A DNA stretch of 64,000 nt, taken from assembly GCF_009914755.1 (NCBI RefSeq), contig NC_060927.1, one strand, 5' to 3'. Below the pieces are notes generated by a model. That model was not told the origin of the DNA. It searched no databases and saw only the letters and a program-made list of their open reading frames with translations. This document shows positions 27,286-41,343 of the stretch, piece by piece (position 1 is the first letter of the stretch; the number at the start of each line of letters is the position of its first letter). The translations under genes and the position numbers were made by a program. This stretch comes from the human T2T-CHM13v2.0 reference genome, Homo sapiens.

Positions 27286-28995
27286 TTTTTTTTTTAAATC
27301 ACACCAGACATAGCTGTTTTATGAAAGCATTTCCACAGTAACCATGAGCAAGTTCATTTATTATTATGTTTCATGTTGTGGTAGCTTGTATTATTAGGGT
27401 GAAAAATGGCCAAATGTAAATGAACTTATATTTAAACTATTTTTTTCTCACCAATTTTGCTGGATAATTTCTATACTCGTTACATAATATGAGCAGAATC
27501 CTATACTCTCTACACATGCCACCATAATTTCTTATGTTTATATTGCATCTTAAAGTTTATAAGTGACTTTCACTTATAAAATCTCATTTGAAACTCTAAG
27601 AAAGCCTTGCAAGATGGACAGGGCTTTTCAAATATTCATTCCTATGTTATTTAAGAGATAAGAAAGCTGTGTCTTTCTGTAGTTAAGGGAATTTTGCAAG
27701 ATCTCAAGGATAGTAAATGACAGAGCTGGGATTACCATCCTTCTGGTCCCAGTAGCTCACTCATGGTCAGGGTCTAGGAGCTTGTGGACAAACATGCACA
27801 TTAGGGAGCTTGGTGAGCTGCAAGTGGATGGTGTGTATGTCCGTTAGTAAAATGTGTGTACATGCAATGGCTTCTACCTAACACAGAAATTAGGTATTAA
27901 AAACCTTCGTAAGAGAATTCACAGTTGAGGCCATTATTTCAAAACTAAGAATGGGCAATAGAAGTCCCAAATGAGTCTATGCAAGCCTTTAAAATTTTAT
28001 GTTACTAAAGTAACTTAAGACAGTACCATAAATTAGGACTATCTCACTGACAGTTTACACATTTTTAGTGAGTAGCAAGTAATTCCAGGATCTCCCTTGC
28101 CAACATTTGCAGCATGTCACCTTTATGGTTTTTGTTTGTTTGTTTTGCAGATACTGACACAGCACACTGCAATTTTTTTCTGGGTCTGCTCTGCCATCTA
28201 AATGTTCAATGCCTGTCTGGTTTTATGACTTCATATTATTGATTTCTGCCATTCCTGCGGCCTGCATCTGTCAGCCCCTCTTAGACGCCTCTAAGCTTTC
28301 TTCCTTTGCTCAGACACAGCCAGAATGCAATACTAAGGTTCTACCTTCCCTTACCTCCTTTGTCTTACTCAAGTCTTCTAAGACCAGTCTTCCTTTTCTG
28401 CTATTTTCTGTATCTCCTGTTAAAATTCTCAAACCCCAGAACATCTTTATTAATTTGTCTTTAAAAGACTGACCTAGAACTGAAAACTTCACTGTTTCAG
28501 AATAAAAGTATGGGTGCCACAATTTTGCATAAGCTTTCATTCAATTCAGCTAAAAAGTACGCATGGAGTTTCTATGTATGCTCTCCTAGTTCCTCAGGAA
28601 AATTCCCTTTGAGGGCCTGGACCTTTGTGATTCATCCAGGCTCATTTGGATTCAGTTCCCTTTTCATGGGATGCCTGTGGAATAAATAAAGTATAGCTAT
28701 TGTTTACTGTTATTAATTAAGTCTGCCAAACTTTTCTTTTTTCAGCCCCACCTTTCACCTCACCAAAGCTGAACACCTGTACTACCAAAAGCCTCTTGAT
28801 AGAGCTATGTTTTTATTTGAAAAATGCGAGCTAGCTCTGTAGATATTTCCTTGTAGGAATGTTAAGGAGAAATATATCCGATTGTATTGCCAGTTGGTTG
28901 AAGGAATGTTGTAATTGATAACCCCGTACCCATGAGTTCTGACCAGGGATAAGTAATAAAAGCATCAGAACCTCTTTCTCTTCCTGATGAAATAG

Positions 28996-29443
28996 TGTAG
29001 TAGATGCTGTGATGTGCAGCCCAGGTGCCTGCTTTAGGACCCAGGCATTCATTTTCTCAACTGCAGCTAGTGAGGGACACTGTTCTCACATGTCATTCTC
29101 TCTGCCCAGTTGCTCACTGCCTCTGGGAATTGCTTTGCCCAAGGTTGTGATTGCTCCCAGGAGGAAAGGGGCAGAGAGTATCCAATAACCTTTTATCTAG
29201 CACACCAGTGCCCAGCCCCTTGCTTCAATTTAAGACGACTGTAAAGGACCTTGCAAGCGTTCAAACTCCCCACTGAATCCAGAGACCTCTATTGAGAGTG
29301 TATCACAGTATAGGTCCTCTCTCTACCTAATCCCGCTTCCTTCCCTTTCCTCCAGAATTTATCCCAAGGGCACTCCCGACAAACCTCTGGCACACAAATC
29401 TCAGAGTCTTAGGCTCTGTTTCCCAGGGAACTCAACCTCAGAG
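28996..29443 (+). mobile_element. LTR16 family (LTR16C-like) solo LTR
   Basis: cccagccccttgcttcaattt; cacaaatctcagagtc...ctgtttcccagggaactcaacct. Confidence 0.7.
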
Positions 29444-29754
29444 AATTAATCTGATTATCTGTGCAGTAGGTTGGCTGAAAATGGAGGGCAAAATCCCCCC
29501 AGAGTCCTCCCACCATTGCCAAGCAAATGGCACTGGTCCAGAATTGTTTTGACCGTTAAATCTCATATTTGGCAGTGAGATATTTCTTGACATGGAACTT
29601 CATAAGGAATACTGGAAGTATTCAGTTCTTTAACTTATATCTTTTAGTGAAAATTCCTTTTTGTTATACACACACAACTGCCCTCCCCCCCAAAGAATGG
29701 TTTAGCTTAAAATGACCCTAAATTTGTACTTTTAAAATATCATCCTCAGTGTTG

Positions 29755-30245
29755 AGGTTAGGCAAGCAGTAGTGAACGTGGAAGACATGATCCCATGGTG
29801 GGGAGAGAGGCAAGTCAGGAGATGGTTACAACACGGCCAGAGAGCCTGTGATTCGGGCAACTGTGCTGTCCTGAGAGGATACATAAGAAAAGTAGCTAAC
29901 TGGGGTTGAGGAGATTTAGAGAATGCTTTTCTCTACTTGCTGAGGGCCAGGGATTGGATTGGTGAGTGAATCTTGGGATCCTGAGGGAGGGGTGGAGGTT
30001 TTAGGGAGAGCCTTGAAGAAGAGACAAGATCCTGGTGGGCTTGAGTAATGAAGAGAAGTCCATAGTTCTGTCCATGGAACACGGTTTGAGGTGGGGTGAG
30101 GTGACAACAGAGGCTGAAAAGGTGAGCGGAGGTCAGATCCTGCAGGGCTTAGTGAGACAGGTTAGAGAAACAGAGCTGTATTCTCTGAGCAATGGAGAGG
30201 CATCAGTGGATTTTAGGAAAGGAGTGAGCTAACCGTATTTGCTTA
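29755..30245 (-). mobile_element. L2 fragment
   Basis: ggtcagatcctgcagggctt...tattctctgagcaatggagaggcatcagtggattttagg. Confidence 0.65.
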
Positions 30246-32650
30246 CTTTGTGAGTCTAATATTTGTGAGTTGGATTATGATCATTCATAATATAGATCAG
30301 TAGAGTCAAGTTGACTGAAAAAAATTAAAATCAGTGCCCACAAAATAATCAAGATAAAGGATCGTTCTTTTCCATGTGCATTGATTGTGAGAGGCCTACA
30401 TTTAAGGACACAAGTGGATCTCAAGAATACCAAGGACAAGAGAGAATGGGACGTCTGATGGTGGAGGCATGTGAACTAAGAATACTGAAGCAGCCATTCT
30501 GTGTGTGTGTGTATGTATGTGTGTGTGTGTGTGTTCTGCTCTCTGCCTGGACAGCATTACTTCTGTTCCTTTCTTTTCTTTTTCTTTTCAGTGTATCCTT
30601 GTCTCTGTCTCTTTTTTTTTCTCTGTCTCTGTTGCTTTAAATTTTCTCTCACTAGGTCTCTCTCTGCCTCCTTAGGCAAAACAGGCACCTAAAACATATC
30701 TATTAAAGAGATTCCCCTGAAGGACAGTTCCCTGAGTCCGTTCATAGCCACAGCATTTCTGGGTTACCAAAAATGCCTGGAATGACATAGCTGAGTGGCT
30801 GGGAGCTCCCAGTCTTCGTGGGAAGTCATTTTCTGTCATTGACAGTTTTAGGACTGAATAGAAATCATACATTTTTTTCTGTTATTTTATTCATGTCTAA
30901 GCTTCCTTAATTAAAAAATGATTATATTCTCCATGGAGTAAATATTTGATCTTAAACTTAGCAGGTGCACTGGCATCAGTACTTCTCAGGAAGCTTTCCC
31001 CAAACTCAAATCTGCTGTGAATGACCCAACCCAAACTCTACCAATAAGTCACAGTTTTCCTGCAGAAACTCATTCTTTTTCAGATTGCTAAATTGTGGGG
31101 GAGCACCTGAAGACAGATATTGATCTGTTAAGATAAATGAGAGAAAATGACCAGAACAAATAAACTTTGGGGAACCAAATTATAGAAACCATCTATCCCC
31201 ATCAAAATCCCTGCTCCATTCAGCTGTTCTTCATTTTGAGAACAAAAAAAAGGACAAACAAATGTTGACTGATAGACTTGTTCAGGTTTGAAGTTTGTTT
31301 TTGTGTAAAGATATTATTGGAGCTACTGCTGCTTTCTTGATGTTTGTCGTGTATTTTTTTTCCCCAACTCTGTTCTGTTTGAAGTAAGATGTTACTTCGC
31401 TCTGACAATTGGGATTGCCTAATTGATGTTGCCAAGGAAGAAGCCTCTCTTGGTTTCTGTGTCACTCTTGTGCACTCAGAAATGTCTCTAATCCCTCTAA
31501 TGATTATCTTCACGGCATGCAAGCACATCTTACCCTGAGAGTAGAACAGTGGCTAAGGAAACAGAGTGAAATCTTAGCCAGAATGTTCAGAGCATGGAGT
31601 TACTTGAACAGACTGCCTCTTGATTAAGCTGGAATATTCTACAGTGTACGTTTTCACGCTCATTGAATGAAGTTTACTCAAATATTTTTATATAAATGAG
31701 TACCTTCTCAGTGTAATGACTCTTTGGAAGGGAGTGAGGGTAACATGAGAAAGTTGAGAGAAATAGGTAGGCTCTTGTTTCAGGTCTGTTGTGGATATTG
31801 TGACACAATACATTAGGCAAGTCCCTTGACATTTCCTGCTAAAGGAGGTCAGACTGGGTTGTCACTAATACCCTTTCCACAAATCTCGTGTTCTGGATGG
31901 ATGCATTTTGGGACCTGATCTAAGACAGTTGTTCACTTTTGTAAGTAGTTCCATTCTCATTCTAAAAGTCAAGATTATAGAAGAAACTATGTTCATGAAA
32001 TTGGTGGTTCTTATTCCTCCGGAAAGCAAAAATTGATGCGTTTGCCATTTTAGCTGTAGAAGAGTGAGGTGCAACATGTTATTACTTCTCTGTGCATTTG
32101 TGAGTGAGTGGACATATCTATGGGTGTGTGCCTGCATATATGCATACATGTGTGTTTGGGGAAGGATGGGTTTTAAGGGACCGAAAAAAGAACAGTTATA
32201 CCAGCAAAATATGGTGGACAGCTTAAGCACCAAGCGGGCACTTTTCCTTTCTCTGCTTTTTATATCAGTTTTTATGCTACAATTGCTGCCTTCTATTTAA
32301 TAGAATTCCTCCACCTCTCCATGATCATTTTCTAGGTCTTCCTGGTGGGAGTTATTTCTGTTTCTTACGCTGTACCCAGCAGGTCCTCAGTAAAGACTTG
32401 TTGAATGGAACTGAATATAATTATGTTTCAAATATTAGCTCTTAGAGGTAGCAATTTTTTAAGGAATCTCAAGTGCCGAAGTCCTTAGGGGTAGGAAAGC
32501 CTCAAGCATGCAAACTGAGTTATGCGGAAGACAGTCATGCTGCCTTTTGTGCTGCAAGACCTGCTGACTTACTCAGTTGTTCTCCTGATTGCTCTAAGAA
32601 GTGCTACATTTACTCTCCTCTGCCAAATTTGTAGGGAACATCTATTAATA

Positions 32651-32970
32651 CAGTCATGCATCACTTAGTGACAGGAATGTGTTCTGAGAAATGTGTCATG
32701 AGACAATTTTGTTGTGTGAACATATAGCGTGTATTTACACAAACATAGATGGAATCGCCTACTTACATACCTACCCTGTATGGCATAGCCTATTGCTCCT
32801 AGACTATGTTACTGGACCAATTACTGTAATCAATTGTAACACAGTGGTACATATTTGTATATCTAAACGTTAGAATAGGCACAGTAAAAATATGGTATAA
32901 TCATATGGGACCTCTGTCGTATATGTGTCTGTTGTTGACTGCAACATCGTTATATATGGTGCATGATTGT
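32651..32970 (-). mobile_element. Tigger3a MITE
   Basis: TA-cagtcatgca...ttctgagaaatgtgtc...atagcctattgctcctag...tgcatgattg-TA. Confidence 0.85.
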
Positions 32971-33074
32971 ACTTAGGATTTGTTCATGGATTAGTGGTTT
33001 CCATCTCTACTGTCAGCATCCTGCTGTAAGACACCATAGTTTCTTCCCATGATGATGTAGTAATCCCCTAAACT

Positions 33075-33265
33075 AGTGGTTTTTCAGATCTTGATATGCG
33101 TCAAAATCACCTTGGAGGGTTTATTAAAACACAGATTACTTGTCCCCACCTCCAGAGTTTCTGTTTCAGTAGATCTGGGGTGGGGCTCTGAAAATCTGCT
33201 TTTCTAACAAGTTCCCAGGTGATGTTTATGACATTGGTCCTCAGACCTCACCCTGAAAATCTGCA
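33075..33265. mobile_element. MER5A
   Basis: cccacctccagagtttctgtttcagtagatctggggtgggg...ttctaacaagttcccaggtgatg. Confidence 0.85.
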
Positions 33266-33406
33266 CCCTACATAGTCTACATGTCTCTTTTCTTGGACCA
33301 AGGCTCATTATGTGTGCAGAAGCTGGAGTGATCTGTTATAAACATAAATTAGATGGCATTATTCTCTCTTAATACCTTCCAGAGTTCCTGCCCCAGCCTA
33401 TGAGGG

Positions 33407-34120
<714 letters not shown>

Positions 34121-34638
34121 GGAGGCCTGTGTATTCTGACTCATGGGGCCACCAGACTGGACCCTGCCTGACTTCCCAACTTTGTCTGCCCCATCTGCAC
34201 CTTCCTCACCATTCTACTGTATCACCTGCCTCCATTCAGGACCTGACCATACCACCTGTTCTTTCCAACTCTTCACAGAGTCTCTGCTTTTGGTGAGAAG
34301 CATTCTGCTCTCCTTTAATTTCACCTATTACTACCTGAACATCCTTTTCCTCTCAGCAACATTGTTACTTCTTCATAGAAGACATCCCTAACATACAAGA
34401 AAATGTTGTATAGTAATACTGCTTATTCCTTTTTCCCCTTTTTAGTCTTTAGCACAATATTTTATGGTATTAATTTGTGTTTTGACCTTATGAATAACCG
34501 TATTTCACCTTAGATTATAAACTCCATGAAGGAAGGGACCATATATGTTTTGGTCACTGCTGAATCTTTAATGCATAGCAGTGCCTGACACATGGTAGAT
34601 ACCTACGAAACATTTTTTCAATGAGTGGTTGGATGGGT

Positions 34639-35553
34639 TGTAACAGAAATCAGTTTCTCTACTCACAAAACTTCTGACAAAAAAATGAGTAGTTTTCCAT
34701 ATATTGTACTTTTCCAGTTCCCTGGGGATACCAATTGGATATACACACAATTTAATTCAATTCTGACAGTAACTCAAGTTAGCATCAACCTCATGAGTTA
34801 AGAGCTCAATCCCTCAAGACTGCCCCCTACTTCAGATGCCAGTAGTAGGTCCCTAGATTACTACCCACATTCTTACCTGACGTGGCTACAAATTGGGTGT
34901 CTCATGACCCCCTCCTCAGGTTCAATGATATGTCATGATGGCTCACAGGACTCAGGAAAACACTTTATTTACCGTTACTGGTTTATTATAAAGGATATTG
35001 TAAAGGATACAAATGAACAGCCAAACAAAGAGGTACATAGGATGAGGACTGAAAGGGTCCTGAGTGCAGGAGCTTTTGTCTTTTTGGAATTGGAATATGC
35101 CACCCTCCTGTGACGTGGACAAATTCACCAACCTGGAAACTCTCCAAACCCCTTGATTTAGGCTTTTTATGGAGGCCCCATCGCTTAGGCATGATTGATT
35201 AAATCATTGGCCATTGGTGATTGACTCGATCTCCAGCCCCTTCCATTCCATAGAGGTTGGGGGTAGGGGTGAAAGTTCTAATTCTTCAATCTTGCCCTGG
35301 TCTTTCTGGTGACCCACTCCCATCCTGAAGCTATCTAGGGTCCCCGGCCACCAGTCATCTCATTTGCATACTGAAAGATACCACTCTGGAGATTCCAAGG
35401 GCCTTAGAAGCTGGCTTAAGAATCAGACTAAGGCCAAATATTATAACAAAGGATTCTCCTATTTCCCTTATCACTCAGAAAGTTACAAGAGTTTTAGGAG
35501 CTCTGTGTCAGGAAGTGAGGGCAGAGACAAATAGATATTTTTTATTACATTGT
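34639..35553 (-). mobile_element. MER21C-like solo LTR
   Basis: caattctgacag; caagactgccccctacttcagatgcc; tattataaaggatatt...ggatacaaatgaacagcca; ttttaggagctctgtgtcagg. Confidence 0.8.
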
Positions 35554-35767
35554 AGATGAATGTGATTCTGAAGTGTTGGAGGTTGTAGAAAAATCTTAGA
35601 AGAGGAGGGAAGGAGTACCTGCTACCTAGCATTTGTCTATTGCTATGTGCACTGCTTTATCTGTCAAATGAACATATGCAAGGTCTGTTTTTGAAATTTT
35701 TGCCAAAGAGCCCAGAATTGGCAGATGGAATCAACATCTCCATCACCAACACTCTGCTTGGTCATAT

Positions 35768-36509
35768 TGAGACGGGATAGTTCCCTTGAACCCCTTCGCA
35801 GGCAGGAACTGGAGTGGCTTGTTTCACTCAGCTCGCCACTGGCCACTCCTCGCCAGAGGGAGCGTGCAAGCCAGTGCAGGAACTGGAGCTAACAAATGCT
35901 GGAACCAGCCGGTCGCTCCTCTCTGGCAGGAGCAGGCTCTGTGCAGGCCCTGCAGCAGCATCCAAGCATGTTACAACGAGTGATCTTCAGCTCTGCCTTC
36001 TGGGGATGGCCAAGTGCCAACCAGCTCAGTGTAGGGTCAGGATGGCAGCCCCTGCCCTTTTGGCACCGGGGTTCTTGTTTGGCGTCCAGGAAGAATCAGG
36101 TCACACTAACTGTTTGAAAGGTGATGAATGCAGAAGACTTTATTGAGTGGTGGGTGGCTCTCAGTCGAAAGGGAGTCTGGAAAGGGGATGGGAAGGTGAT
36201 ATTTCCCTGAAGCCTGGCCATCTCTGGCAGGGCCACTCTCTGAAGCTGCACCATCTGAAGTTAGTGGTGTCTCTCTGTAGTCTCCAATCCTCAGTTGCTT
36301 CTCTGCCCGCCGCTCAGCCGCTTGTATCCTCAACGCTCAGCCATTTGTGTTGTTCCGCCAGCTGAAGTCTTTTATGGGCACAGGATAGGGGCAGGGCAGG
36401 CCAAAAAAGCAACATTTGGATGGAAAAACAGGGTCAGCTGTTTTCAGTTAGGGCCTCAGTTCCCAGCTCTAGGGTGAGGTTTAGCGGGGAGCCCAGCCGT
36501 TCTGTATCA
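35768..36509 (-). mobile_element. LTR27-family (ERV1) solo LTR
   Basis: TG...CA termini; reverse complement starts TGATACAGAACGGCTGGGCTCCCGCTAAACC; contains CATAAAA and AATAAA on the - strand; flanks ATAT/TTAT. Confidence 0.75.
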
Positions 36510-37533
36510 TTATCAGCTCAAAACAGTGTCTCCCTTAAAACTCCTTCCTTGGGTAATCTGATGCTGAAGTTAATAAAACCATGTCTGTGACTGAAAGAAC
36601 TAATTCGTGTATCTTTGAAATGTAGTACCCCTTATGCATAATAAGGTCAAAGTTTTCAGAAACATTTTTGGCTCAAAATAATGGAATTATTTCGAAGATA
36701 GTCTTGTGGAATTTCAAATGCCTTCCTTCTTGGGGTTGTCCTTTCCTTTGGCATCGCCTATTTCTCTGGGGAAATTTTGCCCCTTCTTGGACTCCACACC
36801 TTGCTTGTGTCTTTTCTCGCCAATCTTCTCTTCCTAGATTCCATCCATGGAACCTGTGCTCAAGGAAAATCAAAGCATTCCTCAGAGTTCATGGACAGGT
36901 AGGGTCATCGCAGTTACATGACAAAGCAGATTATGAACCCAAGTCTGCTATTTACTCACTTACTCTAGCACAGCACTAACCTCCCTACCTACATATTGAA
37001 TTCTAATTTTCCTTTTGAGTTGTGTGCACTTCAGGAGTTAGAGGGGAGTGATCATGAAGGCGCCACATTATCAAATTCAGGTAACCTATGGGATCAGTCT
37101 AAAAGTGATGGAGGCATTTAAGACAGAAATCCACGGCCTTTACCACCATTTGGTCCATGCAAAGGGGTGGTCCCAGAGTGATGTGTTTTGCCTCCAGGGT
37201 TTTCAGAATTTTTTTTTTTTTAGAAGTTCAATTTAAGGGAAGCACACTGTCAGATGGAAATAATAATTTGAATTTGACATTGACACAGTTCACTTAGGTG
37301 CAAAAATTGCCAGGGAGTCCTAGAAGGTAAAAGTGAGGTGAGGAGTCAGAGAAATTTGATACATCTGGAGTTAGTGTGATACTGTCAATGACCATAGACA
37401 GTACTTTTTTTTTTTTTTTTTTTTTTTTGGTCTGCTCAGTGTTTCTTTTCTGGTATCAGAACATGTTTCTTCATTATGGAGAACTACCCCTCCCACCCCT
37501 CTTCTCCCCATTCCTCCTGCTTTACAGCCTTAT

Positions 37534-38029
37534 TGTTGGAAGACAATTCTTGTGGATCTTTCATATTTCTGCACATCTTGTGTCAGCTCTTGTTTCAGAG
37601 GATCTTTTCAAGGATGTTTATAGTAAACAGCCTTGGATAATAGAGATAGGGCTTCCCTGCAGGAAATGGCTAGGTTTGTTTCCTGACTAGAATAATAAAG
37701 ATAATATCTCCCTCCAGGGTGAAGGGTGAGCAGGTTTGCTAGCAGCCTCCTTCTAAGATCAGGGGTTTCCTAAACTTGAGGCCCTCACATATGAGGCAAA
37801 TCAACTGTATGTATGCAGCACCTACCTGGGCCACTCTGTATGTTTTTCAAGGGACTTGTGGAGCAAGGGGAGCCAATGTGAATATGAAGCACAGACTGCT
37901 TTCTGTGCCATGAGTAATCAAGTTTTTTGTCTCTGACCCAAGGGTCTAGCAGCATGTGTGAAGCTGTGGGAGGCTCTCTTCTTAACTGGCAAGGAAGGTA
38001 AGATCTCAGACCCCTCACGGCTCTTGACA
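37534..38029 (+). mobile_element. LTR40-like (ERVL) solo LTR
   Basis: tgttggaagacaatt...tgtctctgaccca...ggtaagatctcagacccctcacggctcttgaca. Confidence 0.7.
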
Positions 38030-38461
38030 GCTGACTGTTGGTTGGAAAGCCTGGCCAGTGAGAGTAGAGCAGGCTCCTGTCCACAAGGATCACTTTGGTA
38101 TAGTCGGATGACAAAGATCAGGCCCATAGGAAGGGTCTTCAAGGCTTTTGCTGGAGTTACTGGGCAAGGGATGTAGAATAGGAGCCTAGGCATCTTTGTG
38201 GTTACCTGGGGAGAGCCCCTTGAGAATGAGTCCCTTTACAGAGTAAAGCAGAGTCAAGAAAATGAGAGAGGGGAGGGGCAGAAAGCAAGGGAAATTGATT
38301 GAGGTTGAAATTGAGATTGATTTTATTTGGGAGTGTTGATTGAGAGCCTGGATATCGCGCTGCCTTTTCTGTTACATAAGTCAGTACATTCACTTTGTTT
38401 GCTTAAGCCAGTTTGTGTGGGAATTTCGACATTAACAAGTGAAAAAGTCCTGTCAAATACA
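38030..38461 (+). mobile_element. Old MLT1 LTR 3' part
   Basis: tttgcttaagccagtttgtgtggg...aaaagtcctgtcaaataca MLT1-type end. Confidence 0.6.
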
Positions 38462-40648
38462 GTTGCAAAAGAGTGGGTTGACCATCCCAAGAGGGGCCAC
38501 TACTCTAGAGGTTTCTACTCAAGCTTTTCCTGTGTGAGCATATAACCTTCAACTGCTTACCCACTCTAAAATACATCTAAGCAATGGCTATTAGGGTATA
38601 GAACTTGAGCTTGGTGCCTCTCCCCAGATGGCTCCCTGAGCAGTTATCTCTTTTTTGATGCTCTGCTTATATATCTGTGTGTCTGCTTCCCCAAGATGAT
38701 GTGAAAACTGTAAATCAAAACAAATGCAGAATGCTATGGAGAGACAAGATGGGTGCAGTAAGAAAGGTGAAAAACATGGAAGATGGCAATGCTTTGGAAC
38801 TCCTGGGGCCACACCCATGTAAGGAAGTGAGGAATTTGGGATTGTAGAGGTTTTTGCCTCTAAATTCATCACTCAAAGCTGTTCTGTGGCCCTGCAGAGA
38901 AATGATAATCAAGTTATTGTTATTATTATTCTGTGGGAAAGCACTGTAGAATTTAGGATTACACAATGAACCCTGTGAGGTGAAAAGATTGGCAGCTTCT
39001 TCTTTTAAAAACAGCTTTGTTTCTAAAGTGGAGAAAGATTATTTTCTTTTGCTTTTCATTTCTTTATGTTATGTTGTGTGTGAGCACAAATATGCATGTA
39101 TATTAATGTATAGCCATGACCATGCATATGTTTGCATGTGTATACATGTGCATGTACATGTGAGCCTATGTGCACATATGTGTATGGGCGGGTATGCCTG
39201 TATATGTATGTGTATCTAGGCATTTATCTTTCTAATTTGGATAGCAGAATTATAATCATCTTTCCAATATTTGATTAATAATTTCACATAATTCACAGTG
39301 TTTTACCAAATGTCATTTTACCTTTCCAGTAATAGTTTCAATTTGTAGTTGGAGAAGAGGCATAAAGAAGTAGATAAAGATTATCAGGTAAAGTTGTGGC
39401 AGAGGATGCTAATAGATGAAAAAAAAAAAAAGAGGATCAGAGGTTTAAAAAAAGTGAGCAAAGAACCAGTTCAATTACTGAGACTTCTATGAAATCCCAT
39501 GCAAGGCTGCTTCAATTCCGTTGCCAGACTTTTTTTCTGACTTCTTGTCGTACAAACCATGTGTTGGTCTCCTAGGCAATGCATCACTGTTCTGAGATGC
39601 TTTGCTCATACATGTTCAGGCTTCCCTCCATGCCCTCATGTTTTCTGCCTCTGCACTTATATTTATCCCTTGCCTGAAATAACATGCTTTTCCCTTCTGA
39701 GCCCTATGTGTCTTCATTTCACCCCAGACAGACTCACTCACCCAGCCTCTGGGTCTAAATTGCCCCCTAATTTACAAAACCACGTGACCCTTCCAGGTAG
39801 ATGCCGTGTCTTGCTTTCTTTTTGACCCAAAGCAAGCAAAAATGTTGAGTGATGCTTCTCACTTTCAACACACACACACACCTCAAGTTAATTCTGAGAT
39901 CAATTTTTTGAGACTGGTCCCTGGGACATGTCACCAGTGAGATGAAGATGTATGAGAGAGTGCAAAGAAGTTGGAGTTCTTTTTCTTTTCTTAAGAGGAA
40001 TTTTCACTTGTGAGCAAAATTTTAATTGGATGTCTAAACTTCCAGATAAGCTTTTGTTCAACATTTGTCATGAATTTATAGGGGAAGTAAAAAATCAATA
40101 TTCTGCAGTAGTTCTTTCATCCCAAGGAGGTTGAAAGACTTTAGCTGCAAAGTGAGGAGATCAGAAGAGAAACAGATTTATTAAAGAAAAAAACACCTCA
40201 TCTTACCAATATCATTTGGAAGAACAGACCCTTTCTGAAGCAATTTCTGATCTCCTTTCCAAAGGCGATCACTATTAATAGGCAACCATGAAGACGAGAA
40301 GCAAGAAAAAGGTTCACAGAGAAAAATGCAGAGTGCAATTTTCTATTCTCTACTCTTTTGTAGAAAGAGATCCCAGTTATAAGTATGAACAATTTGCAAA
40401 CATTTAAGCCAGGAGTTCTGCCAAATTTAAATGCCTTTGGCAATCAAGACAAGAAGCATCTCTCTCTGATATAACTCCAAATAGCTGGAAAATGACAAAT
40501 AGGGCAGAATTTCCCATGCACCCTTCCTACACACACACTAGGTTTCTTTGTAGAACAGTAATGTCATCTCATAACTTTTTCACTAGCTGCAGTTTGATAT
40601 ATATGTTTGAGAATTTCCTTGTTTCCTTTTGTCTGAATGCTTTGATAT

Positions 40649-41138
40649 TGTAGGGGAGAAAAAGTCATAACTTTTCCTCACTCATCACAAGGTTTATGAC
40701 TGAGTTCCGTAAAAGAAAAGGAAGATTTAAGCCAGAGAAAAGCAAAGCAAATTTATTAGCCAAATATTATGGGATATGAGAGTCTTCAGAAATGAAGACC
40801 CCCAAACATAGGGAAGATCATGTATTTTTATGCTTAGGTTTGATGAAGAACGGACAGACATGTAGAAGTATGATTAGATGAAAAAGGAGTATGACTGAAT
40901 GGTAATAAACTGGGGGTGGGGGAAGTAGCAAGGTCTGTTTCTTGAGATTGTTCTTGGCCTCTCTGGATAGCATTCCCTCCCTTCGGATATAGGGCAGATC
41001 ATCTGCCACACAAGAGGCTTCAGGAAAGAAGTTCAGAGAGATCTTTCTGCTTCTGTGGCTTTCTCAGTTTCCTTCAGCTTGAAATACTGAGTATTGTAAG
41101 GTGCCACATTTGGGGCTAGTGTTTCCTGTACCCCATCA
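40649..41138 (-). mobile_element. MER31-like (ERV1) solo LTR
   Basis: Reverse complement starts TGATGGGGTACAGGAAACACTAGCCCCAAATGTGGCACCTT...TTCAAGCTGAAGGAA; TG...CA termini. Confidence 0.7.
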
Positions 41139-41269
41139 GCATCATATGTGAAATTGTTTTATTTTTTCCAAAACCTGTTACGAATTTGCTCTAGCAAAAT
41201 CCACATTCTTATTTCTTATTAAAACAGTCCCACTTAAAGTTTTTAAGTCTCAGTGTTAACAATGTAAAA

Positions 41270-41343
41270 CCTACTAAAGGAGTGTAATTGGATTGTTTGT
41301 AACTCAATAAATAAATGCTTAGGGGGATGGATAAAACAAACAA
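41270..41343 (+). mobile_element. Tiny L1MA-type 3'UTR insertion
   Basis: taattggattgtttgtaac...ataaatgcttagggggatggata plus A-rich tail; 12-bp TSD AACAATGTAAAA at 41258-41269 and 41344-41355. Confidence 0.7.
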
